From Laetmonice hystrix (Eukaryota), in the NCBI GenBank assembly GCA_965235115.1, contig OZ249439.1:1550001-1614000 (forward strand): a stretch of 64,000 nucleotides of DNA. Reading direction: 5' to 3'. Position 1 is the first letter of the stretch; each line of letters begins with the position of its first letter. The position numbers were made by a program, and so were the translations under genes. Shown one piece after another: positions 1-11,236 of this stretch. The notes under the pieces are model-generated. The model was not told where the DNA came from and made no database searches. It saw nothing but the letters and a program-made list of their open reading frames with translations.

Positions 1-144
1 TTAGCTGTGCTGACTTACATAAACCTATTGCAGAACCGATAAATACAAACATGTAAGATAACAATTAGATGCAGGCTTTGAATGATGTAATAAGGTGTTA
101 ACCTTATTATCAGTGGGCTGCCTAGGCGCACAGAAAGGCTAACA

Positions 145-462
145 CTAACAGGGAGCATATCACCCTGAAACCTACTCTTGGATTAAGGTGGCAGTAGAGA
201 ACCCTCTCACATTCTGTACTAACAGAGAGCATATCACCCTGAAACCTACTCTTGGATTAAGGTGGCAGTAGAGAACCCACTACACATTCTGTACTAACAG
301 AGATTGAGGTGGCACTAGAGAACCCACTACACATTCTGTACTAACAGAGATTGAGGTGGCAGTAGAGAACCCACTACACATTCTGTACTAACAGAGAGCA
401 TATCACCCTGAAACCTACTCTTGGATTGAGGTGGCAGTAGAGAACCCACTACACATTCTGTA
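145..462. repeat. Minisatellite, 74-bp unit with shorter deleted variants
   Basis: The unit ctaacag(g/a)gagcatatcaccctgaaacctactcttggattaaggtggcagtagagaaccc(t/a)ctcacattctgta starts at 145 and 219. Truncated and full copies continue to about 462. Confidence 0.9.
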
Positions 463-779
463 CGGAACTTTTTTTAAACTGAGAAGTAGTCTGTGGAAGC
501 ATTAAGCATGAGTAAACACTGATAGCCTGACTAGAGAATTCAATATCCATGGCAGGGATGTGCCCACCCTGGGCGGAGCCGGGCAGGCCTACCCGGCACG
601 GATTTTGGTATTGTGACCTCCGTCGTACAGCCGAGAAATAATGAAGTCAGTTGGTGGTGAGCCAAGTGCAACTTGCGTGTGCTCACTTAGTGAAGTTGGT
701 CAGATTCAGCATAGATAGATCTATCTATAAAAAGGAGACCATGCTCCTGGAAATCTCAGAGTAAGACCCCGGAGATCTG

Positions 780-929
780 GGGTCCGTCTTACTAACCCGG
801 TGACGTCGCCCGTCAAAATGTCGTCAACGTTAAAGCAATGGGGCACGTTGCCAGAACGGGCGACATATTACCTAATATGGGCCAACGACGTCCCATTTGG
901 CGACGTCGCCGGCTTAGTAAGACGGGCCC
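780..929. mobile_element. MITE with ~31-bp terminal inverted repeats
   Basis: Left arm gggtccgtcttactaacccggtgacgtcgcc (780-810) matches the reverse complement of 899-929 at 28 of 31 positions. A degenerate second copy of the internal sequence lies at about 12091-12215. Confidence 0.8.
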
Positions 930-1073
930 AGAGTGCACGACACAGGTCGTTTTGTAAATGGAGGTCGTTGCATGAAAGGTCTTTAATTTATTTCACACTG
1001 TAGTGTAGAAGGTCCTGACTGCCATATGATAAAAGATATCTTTATAGCCTTCGGATGCCTGTATCACTCATTA

Positions 1074-1472
1074 TAGGGCGCCTAAGTCTCGTGACCTGGT
1101 TATGCAAATGACGTTAAATAGCCTCCAACCAGCTCGCGATAGCACCAAACGTGCGCCATGCGATTGTGACGTCAAAAAATTTCCCATAGGATTAGCATTG
1201 ACAGGGCCGACAGGCTTACAAAAACCAGCCCGTATATTCACAATCTAACTTTCTAAACTATAAAACAAACTTTATCCCAGAGTAAACATGCCAGCCATCA
1301 TGTATTTTAACGTTTAAATATTAACAGCGACTTCACTGCAGAATGAAAATATTTTACAGTTGACTGTCACTGTTCCCTATGGCCATCGCAATGTTAAACC
1401 AGCGAGGCTATCTGCTCCTTGTCCCGACAACGCGAAATCTCTTGAATTCTCGTGACATACTTAGGCGCCCTA
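1074..1472. mobile_element. Non-autonomous DNA transposon (MITE) with TIR and target-site duplication
   Basis: Perfect TIR tagggcgcctaagt (1074-1087) / acttaggcgcccta (1459-1472), flanked by tta on both sides (1071-1073, 1473-1475). It can also be read as GGGCGCC termini with a TA duplication, so PIF/Harbinger versus Tc1/mariner origin is ambiguous. Confidence 0.8.
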
Positions 1473-1923
1473 TTACAATTTATTGCTCTCTAATAATTAA
1501 CATCCCCTGAATCCCTTGCCCCCCCCCCCCACTTTGAAATGGGCGGGGGGCACAGAGTATCTTTAAGTTTAACCCCATCCCCCCTTCAGGAAAACTTGAC
1601 CGTCCCTGCCATATATGGTATAACCTTATTTTGCGTTTTAAAATGGGTCAGATCATACAGATGTCACTGAAATTTCAAAATTACCCAGGCCAGAGGAAAC
1701 ATTCCCCAGGTCCAGGACTCCCTCATTTGCCTCCGCCCCCCCCCCCCCCCCCCAGTACACTACACTAGACTAGAGTCTAGACTAGTAGTAGTAGTACTAC
1801 CACCACGCCCACTGGCCTTCCTATCCTACGCCCGTGCCGATGGTGGAACTGGAAGTCTAGCTGCCGAGATGACGGGCGGCAAGGCCTCAAAGCCAAGCCG
1901 GCAGAGGTGTGACAGAGGGAATC

Positions 1924-2760
1924 ATAGTCGATTCGCCCCAGGGCGGTTTCGACCCGGGTCGGTTTCGCCCCACAACCTAGTCGATTCGCCCCACCCCTAG
2001 TCGTTTCGCCCCACTCTCGAAGTCGTTTCGCCCCACACTTGAAGTCGTTTCGCCCCATCGATGATCTCGAAGTTAATTTGCTTCAGCCTAAGTTCTTTAA
2101 CCACACTGGAGCTTTTATAGTTAGTTGGTAGGCTATTACTAATACTGTCAGTCTCGTCTCCATGGGCCTTCGCCGCCACCGGGCCTCGGAGGGGAGAAGC
2201 GGGCTGGGCCGGGACGTCCTGGCACCCATTCGAAGGGTCGGGTGTCCGGGTCGGAAGCGGGGACTGGGTGGAGTGAGGCAGGCCGGTTGCCGGCGGGTGG
2301 CTGCGGCGCATGCAGGCTCACAATCCCGTCTAGGGCACTATAGGCCGATACGGCCTACGCGAACCCGGCTACAGACAGAGCTCCGACGGTCGTCAGCGGC
2401 TCGCTACCCGCTACCCGCTACCCGGCCGCCTGGCTGCCGGGCCGTGGAGGTGGGGAGCCCGGTACGGGCCGGCAGCAGCACGCGGTACAGAGCCGGTACT
2501 AGTTAGCAGCTCGCTCCGGGCCGGACGGTCGGCCTTAATTGGTCCACAAAACGACTTGTTTACTGGACTGGATAGTATCAAGACTCAAGAGACAATAAAA
2601 ACGTAGACTGATAGAATGATAGAGTCAGTTAGCGTCCAGTCTGGACTGGGGCGAAACGACTTTCTGAGTGGGGCGAATCGTCTTCTACCAGTGGGGCGAA
2701 TCGTCTTTCCGAGTGGGGCGAATCGACCGGGGCGAATCGGAAGTGGGGCGAATCGACTAT
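1924..2760. mobile_element. Inverted-repeat element with subterminal arrays of GGGGCGAA(A/T)CG and a GC-rich core
   Basis: atagtcgattcgcccca (1924-1940) is the exact reverse complement of tggggcgaatcgactat (2744-2760). Several tcg(a/t)ttcgcccc motifs lie at 1928-2056 and ggggcgaa(a/t)cg motifs at 2648-2756. Confidence 0.7.
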
Positions 2761-2952
2761 TTACCGACAGAGGCCAGTGCTGGTTACGAAACCCTGGTTA
2801 CGACTGGCACTCAACGTGGTAACGTGTCGATCATGAGTTCAGTTTCTATCTCTCGAGTAACCGAATGGTCTCTTTAGATGCGTATTTTCTCTCTAATAAT
2901 GAGGAAAGAAGAGATTACACTTTAATCTTGCAGATATAGTTACTTTACTCAC

Positions 2953-2989
2953 CAGTCGCACGAGTAAACAAAGTCCTCACAGACGCCAT
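2953..2989 (-). CDS. First coding exon of an unidentified gene, probably a mitochondrial precursor; the rest is unresolved and likely runs off the window start
   Basis: ATG at 2989 gives MASVRTLFTRAT+G followed by a consensus donor GTGAGT. The peptide is Arg/Ser/Thr-rich with no acidic residues, like a presequence. Downstream exons could not be assigned. Confidence 0.45.
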
Positions 2990-3370
2990 GTCGACCTGTC
3001 CGACGACTGCTCGAATGTCCTATACACTGAGGCCCTCTGTCGGAGAGTCACGAACAAATCGTGGCCACCAAGCGGTGACCCCCAGTACCTTCTCCCGGCT
3101 TGGTGGGGTCAAAGCAAAACATTTTAATATAGGCCTAGCGCCCTAAAGGGCCCTCTTAACTCAATAATGCTACGACTATTAATATTTGTGATTGAGAGAT
3201 GAGAAGGCTATATACTTTTATGAGATAAAAGGCCAAAATTGGTTGTATAACCCCTCGGTAAAACGGTAAAACCACGAAACGGAAGTACTCCATGACCATG
3301 CAGTTGTGGCATTCGGTTCACCTCGGAAGCAGTTCTTTCGTTGCTCCCGAGGTGACACATTTAAAATAAA

Positions 3371-6300
3371 ATGGCGGCAAAAGCACTGCAACACGTACTC
3401 GAGCTGCATGTTGAAGTACAAGAGAGATTCAACCAAAACATTCAGCATATAATTGACAAGGTATAATCTTTTTGTTTCTCCCTGTGATGTGTAGAGAGTA
3501 GAGTCAGTAAAGCAGGGCTGCGGTCGGGAGCACCTCATAGACATCACCTAGGCTAGGTTCCAACTTCCAAGTTTCAAGATTTGAAATGCTGCCTGGGAAA
3601 CCAATGCTGGTCATGGGCGGAGCTTGGATTTTTCAATTTTTTTCTGGGGAAGGGCCCCCAGACCCCCCGCCCAAGGTTTCACGCCTTTGGCGCTCCCATG
3701 AAATTGTAGGTCCCGTATGTTCAGTGCCTGTTTTCTTGTGTTGAGTGTTGTGCCTTGCTCTTGCCTTGGCTTGGCCTGGATTAGGCATCCTATGCTAGCC
3801 TTAGGCCTATGGCCGTATGGGATGGCTATGCCCACCTGTCAGATTTTTGTTTAGCTGCCTTACATTTTATTCTGTTTTTTTTTTCAGTACAGTGATCCAC
3901 ATATGCCATCAGATGTAATAAGTCTGGGAGACATGTCAATATGTGAAGACAATGGTAAGAAAACATTCCAGACATGAAGTCAGGGTTTCAACCAGAAATT
4001 TTTTTTTGGGTAGGGACCAATGCATCTGCTAAGGTGCCCACTTTGATGGGGCTCTCGCCCAGAAAAATTTGCATTTTTAGATGTGATTAGACACGTTTTT
4101 CCCAGTGTTGTTTGATTTAAATAATTTGATTTAGATTTAAATCACTGCAAAAAAATCGTGTTTTTTATTTTTTGGCCATTTAAAAACTTTTTTCATATTT
4201 TTCATATTCTATGTGCCACTTGCAGTTTGGATTAACATTTTTATAAATTCTTGCTATACATAAAGTAATTTTGGTTGCAAACAAGGCCCACCTTTTTAAA
4301 TGATTTCGATTTCCCGGTTAATAAACGATGAATCATGATTCTTGACTATGTTAAGCAAAACAATCGGGGAAAATTGCATCAAAATCAAATGTACAGTAAA
4401 GTTTCCAGCGTAAAAAAAAATCTGATTTAAATCCTTTTTTTTTTTAAATTACGATTTTTTCCAACCCTGGTTTTTCCTTCATCTTAAGCAATAGTTGTCT
4501 CATTTCATTTTTGTTCTGATTGAGACAGGTGCTCAGTTTTTGTTTTTTTCTTTTTCAGATAGGCTTTATTTTCAGAAGAGAAGAGGGATACAGTTAAAAT
4601 TTATTTTATTCATGTACTAAACTGCCTAATTGATTTTCATCGAGATGTGGCTGTAATTTGTGGAAATAAATCCTTGCTACGGCAATTAGATGTGGGGGAA
4701 TGACTAGTGGAGTAGTGGTAGGCCTAAAAATGCATATTCCGTTAAAAAATGTCACTTAGTAGCCTGACATTCTAATACTGAAAAAATTATTTATCACAGA
4801 CTTAGTATGTCAACATTGGATTTCAATTCTCCATAACCAAGTGATGTGATGTCATATTTTAGGTGAACTACAGGGAAGGAAAACGTTGCAGATTGGAAAT
4901 GCTCCATTACCAGCCACAGAAGAACACCAGGCATTCTTGGGTAATTTAAAACTTGTTTTTGATTTTTCAGTGTCGTGTCCAGAATCCAGAATGGTACTTT
5001 ACATGTACATTGGATAGCAATGTTTAAGGTTGAATACAATGTTATACATGTATATGACGAGTAGGGTACTAAAGTGACATAATAGGGAGATGAATTAATG
5101 CCAGTGTTGTTAAAAGTATATCAATGTTCATCTTATAACATGACTGTTTCTGTTGACAGCCAAGAATCCACATATGTCTCCTGCCTGGGGATGCTGTATC
5201 CATGCTGATTCTAATGACTCAATAACCTCGGTGAGAATAGTATTTTGAATAGAGGGAAAACCCACATGGCAAATAAGGTTTCATAGACCAAATGAAACAC
5301 CAGCATTTACCTCAGGGCAATAAATGCCACAATTACGTTGTCTGAATGAAGTAATTAATGCCGATGTGTGATGCCTCAGACGTTTACAAACATTTACAAA
5401 GACTGTGACTCCAAACATCGCGTAGACAAGGTCTGTGAGCAGAGTAACACGTAATGTTATGCAATATGCCGTGGTGTGCAGCATTCGGCTCTGATGAATA
5501 CACAAGTAGGAACCAGCGGCGTCACACATCGGGGGGTTACACGTTAATTACTTCATTCAGACAATTGTGGCATTTATTGCCCTGAGGTAAATGCTGATGT
5601 TTCATTTGGTCCACGAAACCTTTTGTGCCGTGTGGGTTTTCCGTCGCTTTAAGGATTTGTCGTTAGAAGCTTTCACCCAGACCTTTTCCACAGTGCTCAT
5701 TAGTTCCTGTAATTTTGTACCGGTAAGTTAGTAAAATAGACCATGACGTAGGCTACTCTGATCTTCTGAAATCATTGGAGAGGGAAGGTGAGGACAGATA
5801 AAAAATATTTAGTTTGTCTGTTATGAAAAAAAAAATTACTTCTTTGATTTCATTACAGCATTTCACAAATGTTTCTGGAAGAAGAATTCACGATGCTATT
5901 TCACCTGATTGTCACAAGGAACCCGAAGAACTAGCAGAGGAATTTGAGAGTAAGATATCTAAAACTAATACTATTACTAGTGAAATGTGTTTGTGTTGGT
6001 CTCTCATTACTTCATGAGAATCTGAGATCGGCATCTTTTAGTATTAAAAAGTCCATTATATAATTTATTGTCATATGAATAAAGCCAAATTTTTACTGTA
6101 TTAAAACAAGACTTTATCGACTTTTATTTTATAATGTATAATCATAACCACTTACCAGGTGAGAATTAGGATTTGGTAAACCAAAAGTAAAGAGTCATTT
6201 AACACGGGTTTTAATGAAGTTAGTAATAATTGACTATTTATTTATAATTCCTGTTCCAGAATTTCTCAGTGAAACCATGTGTCAAGAACTGAGTGATGCG

Positions 6301-9300
6301 GAATCCGTCAGTTTAAAATCTTCAGACACCGATGATGAAAGCAGTGATGATCTCGTGAATTTGTCCTCAGATAGTGAAGAATTTGTAACATTGAATTCAT
6401 CCAAGACAGTTTCCAATGGAGATCACTATTTGAAAGAGGAAACTAGCAACGGAAGTCAAATTTCATGCATTTCTCCAACATCAGATTTCCTTGAGATATC
6501 AAGCTCAGCATCAGATATCTTGGAAACTGGTGAAAGTGCAAACCAGAGCCTATTGAGATCTGTGGGAAATGATGTGAAACAACTTCAGACACAGTCCCTT
6601 GAGTACTGCATCTCCCAAACAGATCAGTCACCACGGACAGGCCAGTCACCATGGATAGGTCAGTCACCACGGACAGGCCAGTCACCACGGACAGGCCAGT
6701 CACCATGGATAGGCCAGTCACCACGGACAGGCCAGTCACCACGGACAGGCCAGTCACCACGGACAGGCCAGTCACCATGGATAGGTCAGTCACCACGGAC
6801 AGGCCAGTCACCACGGACAGGCCAGTCACCATGGATAGGTCAGTCACCACGGACAGGCCAGTCACCACGGACAGGCCAGTCACCACGGACAGGCCAGTCA
6901 CCATGGATAGGTCAGTCACCACGGACAGGCCAGTCACCACAGACTCCAAAGAGGCCGTTGACACAACAAATGTTACTGAGTTCTGGCAATTCAAGCAGAA
7001 AAAAATATGTAGTATTTGCCTCCTCGCCCAAGGTTGTCAATGTTGATACTGGACAAAGGATGGATCGGCTAATCTCTTCACCGGAGCAGCTGTTGTCTAA
7101 AACTAATAAGGAGGTAGACAGGTTTAAAAACGTGGGTTCTTCCAATGTGAAGCATACAGAAAGAACATCACAGAAGTCCATTTTTCACTCAGAAACTGAT
7201 CGAAAAAAAGGGTTCACACATAAAAGCCCAGTTGAAATGAAAGGGTTCGATCAAGTTAGAAGCCCACCAACTTCCAGCAACAGTCTAATACATAGAAGAA
7301 TAGTACCTAGTAGAATAGAAAATTTAGCTGTTGACCACTCCAATGTTGAAATTGTGGTTAATAACAATGATTTTCACTCAAGGCTTCAGAATGGGACCCC
7401 TAAGCCTGGGACAGCTGTGACTCGTGTTCACCCTGAAAGTGCCTATTGGCAAGCTGTTAGTGAAAAATTCCAAAATCTGTCTAAACTGGCGGGGGCTGAT
7501 TCACCTAAAGGATTCTCCAAACTGGCGGGGGCTGATTCACCTAAAGGATTCTCCAAACTCTTAGGCAGGAATATGTCCAAAGGGTTCTCCACAATGGACA
7601 AGACTGATTCACAAAAAGAATTCTCCAAGCTATCAGGCAGTGACACGTCAGTGGAATTCTCTAAACTGGCAGGCTCTTATTCTTCCAAGAGATTCTCCAA
7701 AATGGACTACACTGAAATGTCGGGCAGTGATTCCACAAAGGAATTCTTCAAACTGGATGGCACTGATTCAACCAACAAATATTCCAAACTGGATGGCACT
7801 GATTCAACTAACGAATTCTCTAAACCAGATGACACCGATTTTCCCAAGGTATCCTCTAAATTGTCAGGGAGGGAAATATCCAAGGAATTCTCCAAACTAG
7901 ACAGCAATCATTCACCCAAGGGATTCTCCAAACTTGACAGCAATCATTCACCCAAGGAATTCTCCAAACTTGACAGCAATCATTCACCCAAGGGATTCTC
8001 CAAACTTTATAGCACTGCTTCACCTAAGAGATTGAACAGCACGGGTTTCACCAATAAATTCTCCAGACTGTCGGGTAGTGATATGCCCAAGGGATTCTCC
8101 AAACTGAATGGCACTGATTCACCAAAGGGATTCTCCAAACTGAATGGCACTGATTCACCAAAGGGATTCTCCAAACTGAATGGCACTGATTCACCAAAGG
8201 GATTCTCCAAACTGAATGGCACTGATTCACCAAAGGGATTCTCCAAACTGAATGGCACTGATTCACCAAAGGGATTCTCCAAACTGTTGGGAAGGGACAT
8301 TTCTCAGGAATTCTCCAAACTGGCAGGATCTGATTCACCCAAGGGATTCTCCAAACAGGTAATCTCTGGGGAATCTGAGGAACCATCTATTGGAAAAGTG
8401 GAGAACTACACACCAACCAAAATGGAGATAATAAAAGCAATGAAACGAAAAATAGGTTTCTCGCCTGCCACTCAGGGTGATTTAATGCTTGGGTCAAACC
8501 CATCACCCAAAGGTCCCAACGGGAAGGGAAGACGAAGACGAAGTGAAGCGGTAGATGATGTTGTGGAGTGTCAGAATGAGCAAGATGATGTGCCTAGTAA
8601 TCCTGCAACCAGGAAGGCTGAACGTTCTTTACTGCTTACAGAGGATAATCTCAGAATTCACACACAAATTCTTGACAATCATGTCAACACAAATATAAAT
8701 GTCCATGACTTTTTAATCTCAACTGCCAAGCTGTCACCATCCTCAGAAGCCAGCAGGGTCACTGTCTGTCAGCCCCAGGGTGATCACAACAGGTCGCCCG
8801 GAGCTCAACATACACCCTCCAAACTAGGTCAAGTAGGTTTATCAATCCAAGCAGACCTAGGGGAAGTCAAACCAGCCAAGACACCAAAATCTCCTGACAA
8901 ACGATCTGTATCAGCATCAAAGAAACCTTCACTTGGTCTTGCATGTGAAAAAACAAGCACACCAAGGAAAACAAAAGGCCCCAACCTCAACATAAGTTGC
9001 ATTTCAGTGATCCCACAACAAGCTTCTGTGAACAGTGGGAAGGTCGTCGGACTGAAAACATCATTGGTCCAAGATGCCATTGATTTTTCCTCCAAGATGA
9101 CGGACAATATTTGCCTCGTTCCAGTACTTTCTCCATTAGATAAGAAAAAGTTATATCGTAAATCTGTGAAAAATAAATGTTACATGGATCCATCCACAGG
9201 AGCTTTCAGGAAAGAAAAGAGCCCAGGAAGTTCATTGAAGAATGAGTTAACAAATGTATTGCATGATAGCAGTAGGCCTAGAATAAGACACAAGGAACTT

Positions 9301-9681
9301 CTAACTCGTGAACCTGCACCACAAGTCCATCCGATGAGTCGGCAACTCCAACCCCAGAAAAAATACCAGCGACTTAAATCTACATCCTCTGAAGATGCCA
9401 ATTTAGGGGTTTATAGTCTCAGTGACACGTCCTCGGAAAGTAAAGACTCCTCCAATATAAAGCCAAGTGATGTGACTTTTGTTATCAACAGTAAGAGAAA
9501 GATTAACTATTCACCAGAAAAGGTCAACCCTGTGGGTTCTGCAAAGGACGTTGGAAGCAGCTGGAAGCTTGTGGCTGTAAAACGGGAGAACACTTCGAAA
9601 ACACACCAAGACTCCACAATCTGCCTCGGCCCTGAGCACTGTACAAAATCTTTTTGCTTTGTATGTTCATGTGGAAGTTAG
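3371..9681 (+). CDS. HJURP: Scm3/HJURP-family CENP-A chaperone candidate, 1272 aa, 6 exons
   Basis: Exons 3371-3460, 3888-3954, 4863-4940, 5160-5230, 5859-5949 and 6260-9681 are all GT-AG and phase-compatible (3819 nt). The N-terminus ELHVEVQERFNQNIQHIIDKYSDPHMPSDVISLGDMSICEDNGELQG fits the Scm3 motif (helix-IIxKY...D.(I/V).L...I.EDNG). The C-terminus is CLGPEHCTKSFCFVCSCGS. Family assignment is by motif recall, not a database search. Confidence 0.75.
6625..6948 (+). repeat. Coding 18-bp tandem repeat, (QSPRTG/QSPWIG) x17 plus QSPQTP
   Basis: cagtcaccacggacaggc and cagtcaccatggataggt units lie in frame within exon 6 of the Scm3-like gene. Confidence 0.95.
7477..8358 (+). repeat. Coding 36-bp repeat, about 23 copies of FSKLxGxDSPKG
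   Basis: Degenerate 12-aa units, with five identical FSKLNGTDSPKG copies at about 8095-8275. Confidence 0.9.
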
Positions 9682-10310
9682 CCCCCTCCAGAGACACAAC
9701 AATTTGTATATACTACACACTGAAACAGTGTTATGTGCAGTGAATTTAATTATTTGATCAAGTACTAAAGGGTAGAATTTTCACAATCTATTTTGTTGAA
9801 TTTGAGTCATTTCATTTTACATAATCCTCTAATCTGTGGAATGGAGTGCCCCAACCTGAAATAAATCCAACAGCTGCCCAGAGAATAGGAAACTAACCGA
9901 GTTGCCCACCCAAATTGACCCTGGATCACCATTCTTTCCCTGCATTAGTTAGGCCCAACCCATTACAATTAACGTCTCTCCTACAATGTATGGTGCTAGT
10001 CCTGGGCAATTTTGGGACCATTCATTTTGTAAAATCGGGGGATAAATAAAATATGTAGGCTGAGATCACTTTTTCACAAAGAGCACCCCTATACATGTAC
10101 TTCCTTTAAAATTAGGGCAATTTATTTATTTATTTAAAATTCAAAATGATCCTTTAATTTTAACGAAACTCGCTTCAGTTTAAATCATTCAATTTACCTC
10201 TGAGTAAAACTGCTTTTTTTTTTTTTTTTTTTTTTGTTTGCATGACTGCTACTGTGCTAGCACCTTGATCAGCACCTTCGCTGCACTGGCCTCTGTCGAT
10301 TAGTGATGTT

Positions 10311-10604
10311 ATGGGGCGGATCCAGGATTTTGGAAAGGGCGGGGGCGGTTTACCGCTTAGCAGTCTGAGGGTGAAGCCCGAGCCCTGCTACTAGGGGGTG
10401 GGGGTCTGGGCCCCCCGGACAATTTTGACCATCTAACTACGAGTCTCTGCAGACTGAAATGGCATTTCCTGCATTCTGAGAAAGCAAAAAGTTTGCTTTT
10501 ACAGTTTGCGAACAACAAAATTTTGCCTTTTTAAAATTGGTACCCTGACGACAGGGGCCCGGGGCCGCAGCCCACTCTCCTCCCCCCGGCCAAATCCGCC
10601 CCTC
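10311..10604. mobile_element. Degenerate G/C-rich MITE (GGGGCGGAT...ATCCGCCCC termini)
   Basis: ggggcggatcc at about 10313 and aatccgcccct at about 10593 are inverted. Related ends occur elsewhere, for example ggatacgcccctg near 56140. Confidence 0.5.
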
Positions 10605-10737
10605 ATTGTTTTCCGTTTGAAGCCCCCCCCCCCCCTCACTCTCTCTTTCCCCGGATAAAGCGGGATATAATGTACTATCTTAGCAGGTGCGATAAAAATA
10701 TTCTGGTTAGCTCCAGAGGTTTCGACATCGTTCTCAC

Positions 10738-10952
10738 CAGTGGCGTAACCGGGGGGGGGGGGGGGCATGGGGGGGGGGGGCATGGGGGGGGGGGGTGCTT
10801 GGGGTGCTCAAGCACGTACCCGCTTAAATCAATTTGCCAAAAAAATATTATTTTTTTGGTGCGCTTGTTGCCTCGTAAAAGCCGTAAAAATAAGACTCCG
10901 ACGTTAGTTATTTCCAGCACCCCCCTGGGTCCAGTTTCTGGGTACGCCACTG
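10738..10952. mobile_element. MITE with CAGTGGCGTA TIR, poly-G core and 5-bp flanking direct repeat
   Basis: cagtggcgtaacc (10738-10750) versus gggtacgccactg (10940-10952). CTCAC lies immediately on both sides (10733-10737, 10953-10957). Confidence 0.75.
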
Positions 10953-11236
10953 CTCACCCAAGTCATGTACCTGCAATTTTCCCTCTGATCGGCCACTTTA
11001 TGCAGATTTCTCTGTAGGCACACACGTGTTGGCGGCAAGTCGCTTGACCTCCTTTCTTCTCTCATCGATCCCACAATCCTCCCTGAATCTGCGCGCGCAG
11101 CATTAGAAATGGCACAGTAAATTCACGGCAGTTCAGGAGGGTGCCAAAACAATCCGATTCGGAGAGATTTCTCCCACGGTTCTTTATTTGAATCTGCTTT
11201 AGGGGAGAGATTTGGATAGGAACACAACACCGGGTC

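Noticed and set aside
590-690. Possible second exon of the minus-strand mitochondrial-type gene (two open frames before a GTAGGC donor), and a possible further exon at about 100-166 whose acceptor is copied in the 74-bp repeat
   Set aside because: The acceptor is weak, the frame is ambiguous and neither translation is recognisable, so no model can be supported.
2162-2506. 114-aa Arg/Gly-rich ORF and overlapping minus-strand ORFs
   Set aside because: They lie in the GC-rich core of an inverted-repeat element, where long ORFs are expected by composition, and they have no transposase motifs.
6443-8386. Antisense and alternate-frame ORFs (SVVTGL, TTDRPV, SLENPFGE repeats)
   Set aside because: These are shadows of the coding tandem repeats in the Scm3-like exon.
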